Below are positions 31,311 through 38,370 of a stretch of 38,370 nt of DNA, in pieces. Source of the DNA: Candidatus Moranbacteria bacterium CG06_land_8_20_14_3_00_40_12 (GTDB taxonomy: Bacteria > Patescibacteriota > Minisyncoccia > Moranbacterales > UBA2206); contig PEVT01000018.1 of assembly GCA_002780175.1 (NCBI GenBank), positions 1-38,370 of the forward strand. Reading direction: 5' to 3'. Positions within the stretch are counted from its first letter, which is position 1. The number at the start of each line of letters is the position of its first letter. The position numbers and the translations under genes are program-made. The notes under the pieces were generated by a model. That model saw only the letters and a list, made by a program, of their open reading frames with translations, was not told the DNA's origin and did not search any database.

Positions 31311-31344
31311 GTCATTTCAACAACGGCCGTTGTTGAAACGAAAC
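31311..31344. repeat. ACGGCCGT-centred palindrome, site 3 (B plus B')
   Basis: GTCATTTCAACAACGGCCGTTGTTGAAACGAAAC contains the perfect 24-nt palindrome TTTCAACAACGGCCGTTGTTGAAA. Confidence 0.7.
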
Positions 31345-31396
31345 ATTTTATTACATATTTAAGTATGTAATAAAATTTTCCGCTGGATAAAAATTA

Positions 31397-33253
31397 TTAT
31401 TCTAAAACCGCTTTGATCCTTCTCACGCCCGCGCTGGAAGATTCTTCTTTCCGGATTTTGAAAATTCCCAGCTCTCCGGTATTTTGCACATGCGGGCCGC
31501 CGCAAATTTCTACGGAGGACAGTCCTCCGTTTTTGTCGGTTATACTGTAAACTTTCACCCGCTCTCCGTACTTGGATTCAAAAACTCCCATCGCGTTTTG
31601 CTTTTTGGCTTCTTCCAGTGTCATTTCTGCGCAAGCCACCGGTAATTTTTTCCGGATTTGCTCGTTAACCAAATTTTCCACGCTTTTAATCTGTTCCGGT
31701 GTCATTTTGGCGTTATGAGCAAAATCGAAGCGCAGACGCTCCCTGGTAATATTACTCCCTCTTTGAATTACTTCTGTTCCTAAAACCTGGCGCAAAGCCG
31801 CCAGCATCAAATGCGCCGCCGTGTGCAATTGCGTAGTTTTTTCCCCGGCGTCCGCCAATCCCCCTTTGAACATTCCGGCGGAAGCAGTGCGGGAAAGTTC
31901 CTGGTGTTTTTTTAATTCTTCTGCAAATTCTGCTTTACTTATATTAATTCCCTTTTCTTTCGCTAATTCTTCCGTCATTTCAACAGGAAAGCCGTACGTT
32001 TGGTATAAATTAAAAGCATCTTTTCCGGTAATAATGGATAATTTTTCAAATTCTTTTAATCCACTGGTTAAGGTTTCTCTGAATTTATTTTCTTCTTTTT
32101 CCAACTCTGCCAAAATTTTGGATTTATTTTTTTCCAGTTCCGCGTAAGTATCCTGATAAATTTTTATGGCTTCTTCCGCCACTTTAAAAGTAAAACCGCC
32201 ATCGATGCCCAGCTGTTTGCCATAGCGAACCGCCCGCCGAATCAGGCGCCGCAAAACGTAGCCCGCGCCGACATTGGACGGCGCCAATCCCGCCTTGTCG
32301 CTTAAAATAAAAGTCGCGGCTTTGAGATGGTCGGCGATAACGCGAAAACCGTATTCTTGGCCCGCGTATTTTTTTCCGGAGAGCTCTTCTATTTTATCAA
32401 TTAAAGGCCGGAATAAATCTGAAGCGAAAATATCGGGATTGTCATTTTTGGCCGCTATCATTCTTTCCAGTCCTCCGCCGAAATCAATATTGCCCTTGGG
32501 CAGAGGCTCAAAGCCTTTTTCCGTCTTCACATATTGCATAAAGACATTATTGCCAATTTCCAAAAACCGCCCGCAATCGCAGTTGATATGGCACGGTTGG
32601 TCTTTATAGGCGGAATTTTCGTGAATTTTTAATTCCGCGCCGAAATCCCAAAACATTTCGCTGTCAGGCCCGCCGGGCTCTCCGACAGGCATCTGTCCGG
32701 GATCCAAAACGCGCGCCCACCAATTTTTTTTCTTGTCATAATAAAATATCCGGCCTCCCCGCATCCCGTCGCGTTCGGCAAAATCAATGTCTTGGGCTTC
32801 AATATCAACTTTGGCAAACCGCTCTTTCCAATAATTCACCGCTTCGGCGTCCCGGGGAATGCCCAGTTTCTCATCGCCCCGAAAAACAGAAACATATATT
32901 CTTTTCGGATCCAGACCGATTTCTTCGGTTAAAAATTCAAACATCCATTCCACTTGTTCTTTTTTGAAATAATCCCCGAAAGACCAGTTTCCCAACATTT
33001 CAAAAAAAGTCGTATGCCGGTTATCGCCGACTTCGTCCATATCCTGCGCCCGGAAACATTTTTGCGAATCAACTATTCTCGCGCCTAACGGATGCTTTTC
33101 TCCCAACAAATAAGGCACCATCGGCTGCATTCCCGAACCGGAAAAAAGAGTCGTCGGATCGTTTTCCGGAACCAAAGAAGCCGAAGGGACAATCGCGTGC
33201 CCTCGGGACTTAAAAAAATCCAAATATTTTTGACGCAGTTCTTTGGCGGTCAT
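31397..33253 (-). CDS. alaS: Alanine--tRNA ligase, short form (618 aa, no C-Ala domain)
   Basis: AlaRS N-terminus (ELRQKYLDFFKSRGH..VPS.SLVP.NDPTLLF..SGM.P..PY, FEMLGNWSFGDYFK), and editing-site motifs HTAAHLM and CGGPH near the C-terminus. Confidence 0.94.
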   Translation of the reverse strand: MTAKELRQKYLDFFKSRGHAIVPSASLVPENDPTTLFSGSGMQPMVPYLLGEKHPLGARIVDSQKCFRAQDMDEVGDNRHTTFFEMLGNWSFGDYFKKEQVEWMFEFLTEEIGLDPKRIYVSVFRGDEKLGIPRDAEAVNYWKERFAKVDIEAQDIDFAERDGMRGGRIFYYDKKKNWWARVLDPGQMPVGEPGGPDSEMFWDFGAELKIHENSAYKDQPCHINCDCGRFLEIGNNVFMQYVKTEKGFEPLPKGNIDFGGGLERMIAAKNDNPDIFASDLFRPLIDKIEELSGKKYAGQEYGFRVIADHLKAATFILSDKAGLAPSNVGAGYVLRRLIRRAVRYGKQLGIDGGFTFKVAEEAIKIYQDTYAELEKNKSKILAELEKEENKFRETLTSGLKEFEKLSIITGKDAFNLYQTYGFPVEMTEELAKEKGINISKAEFAEELKKHQELSRTASAGMFKGGLADAGEKTTQLHTAAHLMLAALRQVLGTEVIQRGSNITRERLRFDFAHNAKMTPEQIKSVENLVNEQIRKKLPVACAEMTLEEAKKQNAMGVFESKYGERVKVYSITDKNGGLSSVEICGGPHVQNTGELGIFKIRKEESSSAGVRRIKAVLE

Positions 33254-33260
33254 TGCTTAT

Positions 33261-33530
33261 TTAATAGCTTAAAAAACTGGACAACTTGCTGCGAATTTCG
33301 CCTTTTATTTTTCCAAATTCCGAATCCAGTCCGCTTTCGTGCATTTTATTTTTCAATCTGTTTAGATCATCTCCTAATTTGTCCAAGGTATTATCCAGTT
33401 CCCTGGCGGCCGACGGAAGCTCGCTGGAAATTTTTTTAGTTCCTTCTTTTTCTTCCCCTTCTTTTTTTTCCCCTTCTTTTTCCCGAATTATTAACTCCAC
33501 TTCGCGGGAAACATCAATGTCTATATGCAT
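33261..33530 (-). CDS. Hypothetical small acidic protein (89 aa)
   Basis: ATG ORF 7 nt upstream of the alaS start, E/K-rich with a predicted helical C-terminal half. There is no Shine-Dalgarno site and no family. Coding status is uncertain. Confidence 0.4.
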   Translation of the reverse strand: MHIDIDVSREVELIIREKEGEKKEGEEKEGTKKISSELPSAARELDNTLDKLGDDLNRLKNKMHESGLDSEFGKIKGEIRSKLSSFLSY

Positions 33531-33549
33531 ATTTTTTAAAAATTAAAAA

Positions 33550-33825
33550 TTAAATCGCGTTTAATTTCTTTTGGAGCCCTTTAACGGAAACCTCCATTGC
33601 GGCTATTTCCTGTTCTATCTTTTTTAATTCTAACTGGTTGATTTGCAGTTCGACTTCCGCTCTTTCCCGGGCTTTTTTCGCCTCTCTGATTTCCGCGCCT
33701 AACTGCATTTTTTGCGCGTTCTTTTTCCCCTTGTCCGCTTCCAACATGATGATGTTTCTTTGAATTTCGCTTCTTTGGCGAGATTTGTCCGCGGCGCTTT
33801 GGCCGGCGGGATTCTGATAAGCCAT
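33550..33825 (-). CDS. Hypothetical coiled-coil protein (91 aa)
   Basis: Heptad-like charged helix (EIREAKKARERAEVELQINQLELKKIEQEIAAMEVSVKGLQKKL). It lies 40 nt downstream of the ATPase gene on the same strand. Confidence 0.5.
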   Translation of the reverse strand: MAYQNPAGQSAADKSRQRSEIQRNIIMLEADKGKKNAQKMQLGAEIREAKKARERAEVELQINQLELKKIEQEIAAMEVSVKGLQKKLNAI

Positions 33826-33864
33826 AAAATTAAAACCTAATTTTTAGTTTCTTATTATACCTGT

Positions 33865-35673
33865 TTATTTATCATTTATCAATCGCCTCACTTCCTGAAG
33901 ATCAACCAGTGGTTTTTTTCTAATCGGCTTGAATTTTTTGGACGCCATGTGGGGAATCTGGGAAAGACTAAGCGGCTTTTCTTGAGCCGTAAAAGTCACC
34001 GGCTCGGTTTTCGGGGACGCGATTTTATTTCCGGCTGCCGGAAAATCATTTCCAGCCGGCTTGTTAACCGCCGGCTCCTTGTCCTGGCGATTCCTGGCTA
34101 CCATTCTTTGATAATCTTTCAAACATTCCTTGCAAAAAGTCGGGCGTTGGGAATCCGGCTTGAAAGGCACCAGAATTTTCTCCTCGCAAGTGCTGCAAAC
34201 GGCTTCATGCATTTCTCTCGACTTTGGCGCGTTTTCAACTTCTTCTTTTTTAATCAGAATATCTTCTGTCTTCACCGCCGGAATATTTTTTACGGCGGCG
34301 GGAGCCATTGGAATATTGCCGGAAGCGGCCGGAGCGGCGGAAACCGGTTTATTTCTAATGTTTTTTACGGGAATATCCTTTCCAATCATTACTCCGCTCC
34401 AGCGGGAAATTTTTTCTTCTATTTCCGCCCGGCTGCGGCCGTATCTTTCCCGGGAAATGCGGATGACTTTCTCGGCGTTTTTTTCAGTTTCGCTCAAATT
34501 AAAAGGCGGAAGGGTGACGGCGGAAAAAGCGTCTCCGGCGATTCCATCGATCATCAATTTCAGATAAATATAATATTTGGACAAATTGACTATGTCATTG
34601 AGCAGAAAAACCGGATCGAATTCTTTTTCCAAAAATTCCGCGTCTTCCGCTCCCACCCGGAAAGAAATAATGGTGCCGACATTGCCGAAAATCGCGTCCC
34701 GCATGCTGGTATTATTGTCAAAAATCAGCTGGTTGATATATTGATGGGTTAAAATCAGATTTAAGCGGTATTTGCGCGCTTCCGATAAAATTCCGGCGAA
34801 GGATTCATTGGCAAAATTCTGGAATTCGTCCACATACAGATAAAAATCTTTTCTTTGTTCTTCGGGTATGTCCACCCGGCCCATAACGGCCAGTTGCAAT
34901 TTGGTAATCAGCATCCCGCCCAAGAGCCGCATGGAATCTTCGCCAATCCGGCCTTTGGATAAATTAACAATCAAGATCTTCTGATTATCCATAATATCCC
35001 GCAAATCAATGCTGGATTTGGGCTGGCCCACCACATGGCGGATAACCGACGAAGAAAGAAACTGGCCGACTTTGTTTTGAATGGCCGCCACCGCTTCCTT
35101 GCGGAACTTATCATCCCATTTATCAAACTCGTTGATCCAGAAACCCTTGACCACCGGATCTTTGATGGCCGGATAAACACGTTTCCGAAAATCGCTATCC
35201 GACATCATGCGGCTCACACCCAGCATCGTGGAACCGGGATAATCTAAAAGAGCCAAAATGGTATTATTGAGAATGTATTCCATTCGGGCGCTCCAAACAT
35301 CCGGCCAGATTTTTTTAAAGACTCCCATCATGCCGGAAGCTATCAGGTTTTTTTTATCTTCTTCCACCGCTTCCAGAATATTGAAAGCGATGGGATATTC
35401 CACATCCGCCGGATTAAAATAAATAACATCATTAATGCGCTGCGCGGGAACCGCTTTTAACATTTTGTCGGCGAATTCTCCGTGCGGATCAATCACGCAA
35501 ACGCCTTTGCCGTTCTGGATATCCTGAATGGCCATATTTTCCAGCAAATTGGATTTGCCCATGCCGGTTTTGCCCACCACATACATATGGCGCCTCCTGT
35601 CGTCCGCTTTGATGCCAAAAATCCTTTCCTGATTTCTGAAATTAGTTGTCGCGAAAAAATTAATTTCACTCAT
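33865..35673 (-). CDS. TraD/VirD4/TrwB-type (FtsK-HerA superfamily) P-loop ATPase lacking TM helices, with a C-terminal CxxC-x17-CxxC zinc ribbon
   Basis: Walker A VVGKTGMGKSNLL, Walker B DFYLYVDEFQNFA, ARKYRLNLILTHQYINQL (coupling-protein-like), and a C-terminal CSTC-EEKILVPFKPDSQRPTF-CKEC (34123-34197). Confidence 0.75.
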   Translation of the reverse strand: MSEINFFATTNFRNQERIFGIKADDRRRHMYVVGKTGMGKSNLLENMAIQDIQNGKGVCVIDPHGEFADKMLKAVPAQRINDVIYFNPADVEYPIAFNILEAVEEDKKNLIASGMMGVFKKIWPDVWSARMEYILNNTILALLDYPGSTMLGVSRMMSDSDFRKRVYPAIKDPVVKGFWINEFDKWDDKFRKEAVAAIQNKVGQFLSSSVIRHVVGQPKSSIDLRDIMDNQKILIVNLSKGRIGEDSMRLLGGMLITKLQLAVMGRVDIPEEQRKDFYLYVDEFQNFANESFAGILSEARKYRLNLILTHQYINQLIFDNNTSMRDAIFGNVGTIISFRVGAEDAEFLEKEFDPVFLLNDIVNLSKYYIYLKLMIDGIAGDAFSAVTLPPFNLSETEKNAEKVIRISRERYGRSRAEIEEKISRWSGVMIGKDIPVKNIRNKPVSAAPAASGNIPMAPAAVKNIPAVKTEDILIKKEEVENAPKSREMHEAVCSTCEEKILVPFKPDSQRPTFCKECLKDYQRMVARNRQDKEPAVNKPAGNDFPAAGNKIASPKTEPVTFTAQEKPLSLSQIPHMASKKFKPIRKKPLVDLQEVRRLINDK

Positions 35674-35810
35674 TTTAATTTATTAAAATGGGTGAAATTA
35701 TCCCGAGCGAAGTCGAGGGATCTCTTGCTTTTTCTATCCCGCTTCCTCAAAATAATTTCAACTGTTGGATTAAATTAATAAAATACGCTCTATCCTTTGC
35801 CGCTTAAAAA

Positions 35811-37073
35811 CTATTTTACCGGCAAATTGAAAGGCGCCGAACCTTTTTTGGATTCCACTCTGGTCAGCGATGGAGCTTTGATATTCATATTGGGGAAATG
35901 AAAAAGCGTGGCCAGCTCCGTCGTGGAAAGCACCATTTTATATCCGTCCATATCCCGATCTCTATACCGGCGATAAATTTTTCTCTGGCGGTAAGCAACT
36001 CTGGCATCCGGAGCCACATAGAGGGCGTAGGTTTTGCTTTGATTGTCGGGAGCCAGGGAATTGGAATTTAAATCATGAAACTGCTTTATCGCTCCAAACA
36101 AGGCGCTCACATTGGCGCTGTCAAAACCTTCTTTCCTGCCGATATAAATGACGCGCATCTTGGTCCGAAAGGCGTTTTTGCCCAAATTTTCTTCCAGAGC
36201 CTTGAGTTTTTCTTTTTCCACCGGCGTTAACCGGAATTCCAGCGGAGCTTCTTCTTTTTTTTCGGTTTTGGGAAATTCCACCGGACCAAACATCCCCTGA
36301 AAAATATGCGTGATAACATCCGTCAAATCGCTTAAAATCCCTCTGGTTTCTCCGTTTATCCGGCCGGCCAATTTCTGGACTTCTTTCATTTCATCCACGC
36401 GCCAGGTTTCCATCAAGGGGCATAAAATCCACTGGATCCAGATATTCTGGCCGGGAGGCAAAGTGTTAAAGAGTTCGACAAAAGCTCCGACCGGATCAAT
36501 TGTTTCTCCCGTGATGCTTTCTTCGAATTTATCGTAAGTCTTTATCGGATAAGGATCAGGATCGGTTAATTTCACGTCCGTTCCCCATAGATTCCATTTT
36601 TTATTCGGGACTACTTTGGGAAAGTTTTTCGTGTAGTCTTCCACTTCGATTATTTCCGCGTCCGGATACTGGGCGTAAATTTGCGATTCAATCAAATTCC
36701 GGTATTTGGTTTGCGTGCGGATGTAATAATGCGCCTCTCCGCCCAAGCCTACCAGCTCCAAAGAAAAACGATCCGTGAATTTTCCCAATAAATGAGTCTC
36801 AAAAACACTAAGCGTTTTCAGCACGCCGGACATTCCCTGAAAAATGGCTTCCATCGGCTGGGGGCCTTTTTCCAAATCTTTGGGAGGAATAATTTCCAAA
36901 TAAGTCCACTTCAAAGATTTCAGCCAGGAAAACCGGGAATAAAGGCTGACGAAATCCATCCATAATATTTTGAATAAATAAAAAAGCATCACGGGAAAAA
37001 CTATCCACCAAAATTGAATTAAGGCTTTTCCTATGACGCTATATGGTTTCCAAAAATCCGTTAAAATTTCCAT
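35811..37073 (-). CDS. Hypothetical membrane-anchored protein (about 420 aa), partner of the ATPase
   Basis: N-terminal hydrophobic helix FWWIVFPVMLFYLFKILW, then a large soluble domain. I prefer the ATG at 37073 over the TTG at 37184. I recognise no family. Confidence 0.55.
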   Translation of the reverse strand: MEILTDFWKPYSVIGKALIQFWWIVFPVMLFYLFKILWMDFVSLYSRFSWLKSLKWTYLEIIPPKDLEKGPQPMEAIFQGMSGVLKTLSVFETHLLGKFTDRFSLELVGLGGEAHYYIRTQTKYRNLIESQIYAQYPDAEIIEVEDYTKNFPKVVPNKKWNLWGTDVKLTDPDPYPIKTYDKFEESITGETIDPVGAFVELFNTLPPGQNIWIQWILCPLMETWRVDEMKEVQKLAGRINGETRGILSDLTDVITHIFQGMFGPVEFPKTEKKEEAPLEFRLTPVEKEKLKALEENLGKNAFRTKMRVIYIGRKEGFDSANVSALFGAIKQFHDLNSNSLAPDNQSKTYALYVAPDARVAYRQRKIYRRYRDRDMDGYKMVLSTTELATLFHFPNMNIKAPSLTRVESKKGSAPFNLPVK

Positions 37074-37165
37074 TTTTTTGTCGTTGCAAAAAATAAACGC
37101 GAAAAATATTTCTAAAAAATCGGCTAAAAAAGTTTTTATGAAAAGGTGCCGGGTTGACGCGGGAT

Positions 37166-38248
37166 TTATTTCAAACGATAACAATTATTCTCTTTGACAA
37201 AAATATTATCATTATTAAGATTGATAAGCACGGTGGCCTTTTTTACCTGCCGGATTTTGAGAATTTCATTGAGAATGTCTTCTTTTTTCAAGGGAGTCCG
37301 GCTGTTTTTAATTATTTTTTTCAGAACATCCCTAACCGTGCCTTCCGGATACCCCCATTCTCTAAGGGCGTAAATTCCCCTGCCGATCAGAACAAACTGG
37401 TTGTTTTTTATTAATTCATTGTGAATGGTTTGGGGATGGGCTTTCTTTTTCCCCAGTTGAAAATAGTCGATTAATTTGGCTATTTGCGCAAAATGCAGAG
37501 GTTTTTTCTTTTCTTGCAGCACGGAATAAATTTTTTCGCGAGTGCCGTTGGGATTAATTTCTTTCCAATCAGCCATCCCCCACTTTCCGAACTTGTTAGG
37601 CTTGATCTTTTTAAGAACTCGCAAAAAATCGAGAATTTCTTTTTGAGTTAAATCGCTTTCCGGTATTTTTCGCCGGATTTCATCAACGAAAATCTCTTCT
37701 TTAAGCGGTTTCTTTTTTTCAGCTAAAATCGTTTCCGCCGCGTTTTTCACCTGCTCCACTTTTTCCACTACCGTCTTGCGCAAAATCCAGGATTCTTCAA
37801 TATCTTCACTTTCAAAAAATAAATCGCTGGAACAGCAGGAGCTGAAAAAAACAAGCGCGTTGGCTTCTTCTTCTTTTCCCTGACTGAATTTACGCACAAT
37901 GTCAACTTTTTTCATTATACCACTATTTTGGCCGATTGTAAAAAATAAAACGCTCTGGGCTCTGGCAAAGTCGGGATGATCCTTTTTTTGAGAAATTTTC
38001 TTGACGGAATCGGTAATTATCTGGCGCACTCTTTCCCGGGTTATGCCAAAAATATTTCCGGTTTTTTCCAAGGTCCGGGGTTTTTCCTTCAAAAGTCCGA
38101 TGCGATTTTTGATTATGGATTGAGAGCGTTCCGGCAGCTGTTTAAGCAAGTTTTCCAGGGCTAAAAAGAAGCTAAAACTGCTTTTTTTACCGCTTCCGGC
38201 TTTTTTCGCTTCTTTCAACGCCGGTTTCTTTTTTTGATTATCTAACAT
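37166..38248 (-). CDS. DNA-binding protein with a sigma-70 region-4-like HTH and C-terminal HARE-HTH-like modules
   Basis: LPERSQSIIKNRIGLL...RTLEKTGNIFGITRERVRQIITDSVKKI resembles sigma region 4. KKPLHFAQIAKLI...AHPQTIHNELIKNNQFVLIGRGIYALREWGY resembles HARE-HTH. The ATG is at 38248 and the track start at 38287 is a GTG. Confidence 0.6.
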   Translation of the reverse strand: MLDNQKKKPALKEAKKAGSGKKSSFSFFLALENLLKQLPERSQSIIKNRIGLLKEKPRTLEKTGNIFGITRERVRQIITDSVKKISQKKDHPDFARAQSVLFFTIGQNSGIMKKVDIVRKFSQGKEEEANALVFFSSCCSSDLFFESEDIEESWILRKTVVEKVEQVKNAAETILAEKKKPLKEEIFVDEIRRKIPESDLTQKEILDFLRVLKKIKPNKFGKWGMADWKEINPNGTREKIYSVLQEKKKPLHFAQIAKLIDYFQLGKKKAHPQTIHNELIKNNQFVLIGRGIYALREWGYPEGTVRDVLKKIIKNSRTPLKKEDILNEILKIRQVKKATVLINLNNDNIFVKENNCYRLK

Positions 38249-38370
38249 AAAAATCGGGTCATTTTTTAGGTTAGATAATATTAGCACATAACCAATATTT
38301 TTGTCAACCCCGCAGCCCTACATTCTACCCACAAGTGCAACATTGGGATGAAAAAGAAACTGCAATCGGT

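Noticed and set aside
30239-31344. An integron-like gene cassette array, with the palindromes acting as attC sites.
   Set aside because: There is no integrase gene or attI, the sites are only about 34 nt long, and they lack the R/L core-site organisation with extrahelical bases of attC. I kept this only as a generic recombination-or-operator hypothesis.
31346-31375. The hairpin TTTTATTACATA-tttaag-TATGTAATAAAA downstream of alaS, considered as a terminator.
   Set aside because: The stem is almost entirely A-T with a weak T-tract. It may function together with the adjacent ACGGCCGT palindrome, but on its own it does not meet the usual criteria for an intrinsic terminator.
1-38370. A CRISPR array among the many repeats.
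   Set aside because: The repeats are palindromic, belong to several different families, occur singly in separate spacers (or inside dus), and are never arranged as regularly spaced direct repeats with unique spacers. There are no cas genes apart from a solo Cas2-fold domain.
1-38370. An alternative genetic code (UGA as Gly, as in some CPR lineages).
   Set aside because: All conserved genes are full length and end at the expected positions under the standard bacterial code, with no in-frame TGA interruptions needed.

Overview
This 38.4-kb window is a chromosomal segment from a low-GC, streamlined bacterium, and almost all of its genes lie on the minus strand. Several traits point to a Candidate Phyla Radiation / Patescibacteria (Parcubacteria-like) genome, which is an inference. 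These traits are K/E-rich N-terminal extensions on S9 and S11, a short HrcA (249 aa), an AlaRS (618 aa) without a C-Ala domain, weak or absent Shine-Dalgarno sites, and many GC-rich palindromes in AT-rich spacers. The standard genetic code fits every gene.

Supported content:
- tRNA-Lys(UUU).
- An HrcA/CIRCE heat-shock regulon, split into hrcA-grpE-dnaK and a separately CIRCE-controlled dnaJ.
- yidD, a corA-like gene, cysS, a DUF559 endonuclease, dus, dnaB, recR, mnmA and rplU.
- The infA-rpmJ-rpsM-rpsK-rpsD-rpoA-rplQ-rplM-rpsI block.
- An ftsA-like gene followed by a 650-aa membrane protein.
- A wHTH/Cas2-fold (PaaX-type) protein.
- alaS.
- A five-gene cluster built around a TraD/VirD4-type ATPase.

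Most interesting observations:
1. A family of hairpin-bounded elements. The long copy carries the DUF559 nuclease gene. The short copies are MITE-like, and two of them are inserted in frame in dus, much like Rickettsia palindromic elements.
2. A soluble coupling-protein-like ATPase with a CxxC-x17-CxxC tail. It sits next to a separate membrane partner, two small coiled-coil/acidic proteins and a sigma-region-4/HARE-HTH protein.
3. Unusual fusions: a nucleotidyltransferase-like domain fused to GrpE, and a transglutaminase-like Cys-His domain fused to a GIY-YIG nuclease.
4. Several other palindrome families. These include two about 97-nt copies that share an identical 40-nt run (46 of 47 nt), and three ACGGCCGT-centred palindromes with mosaic half-sites.

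No CRISPR array, rRNA gene, transposase or reverse transcriptase was seen.
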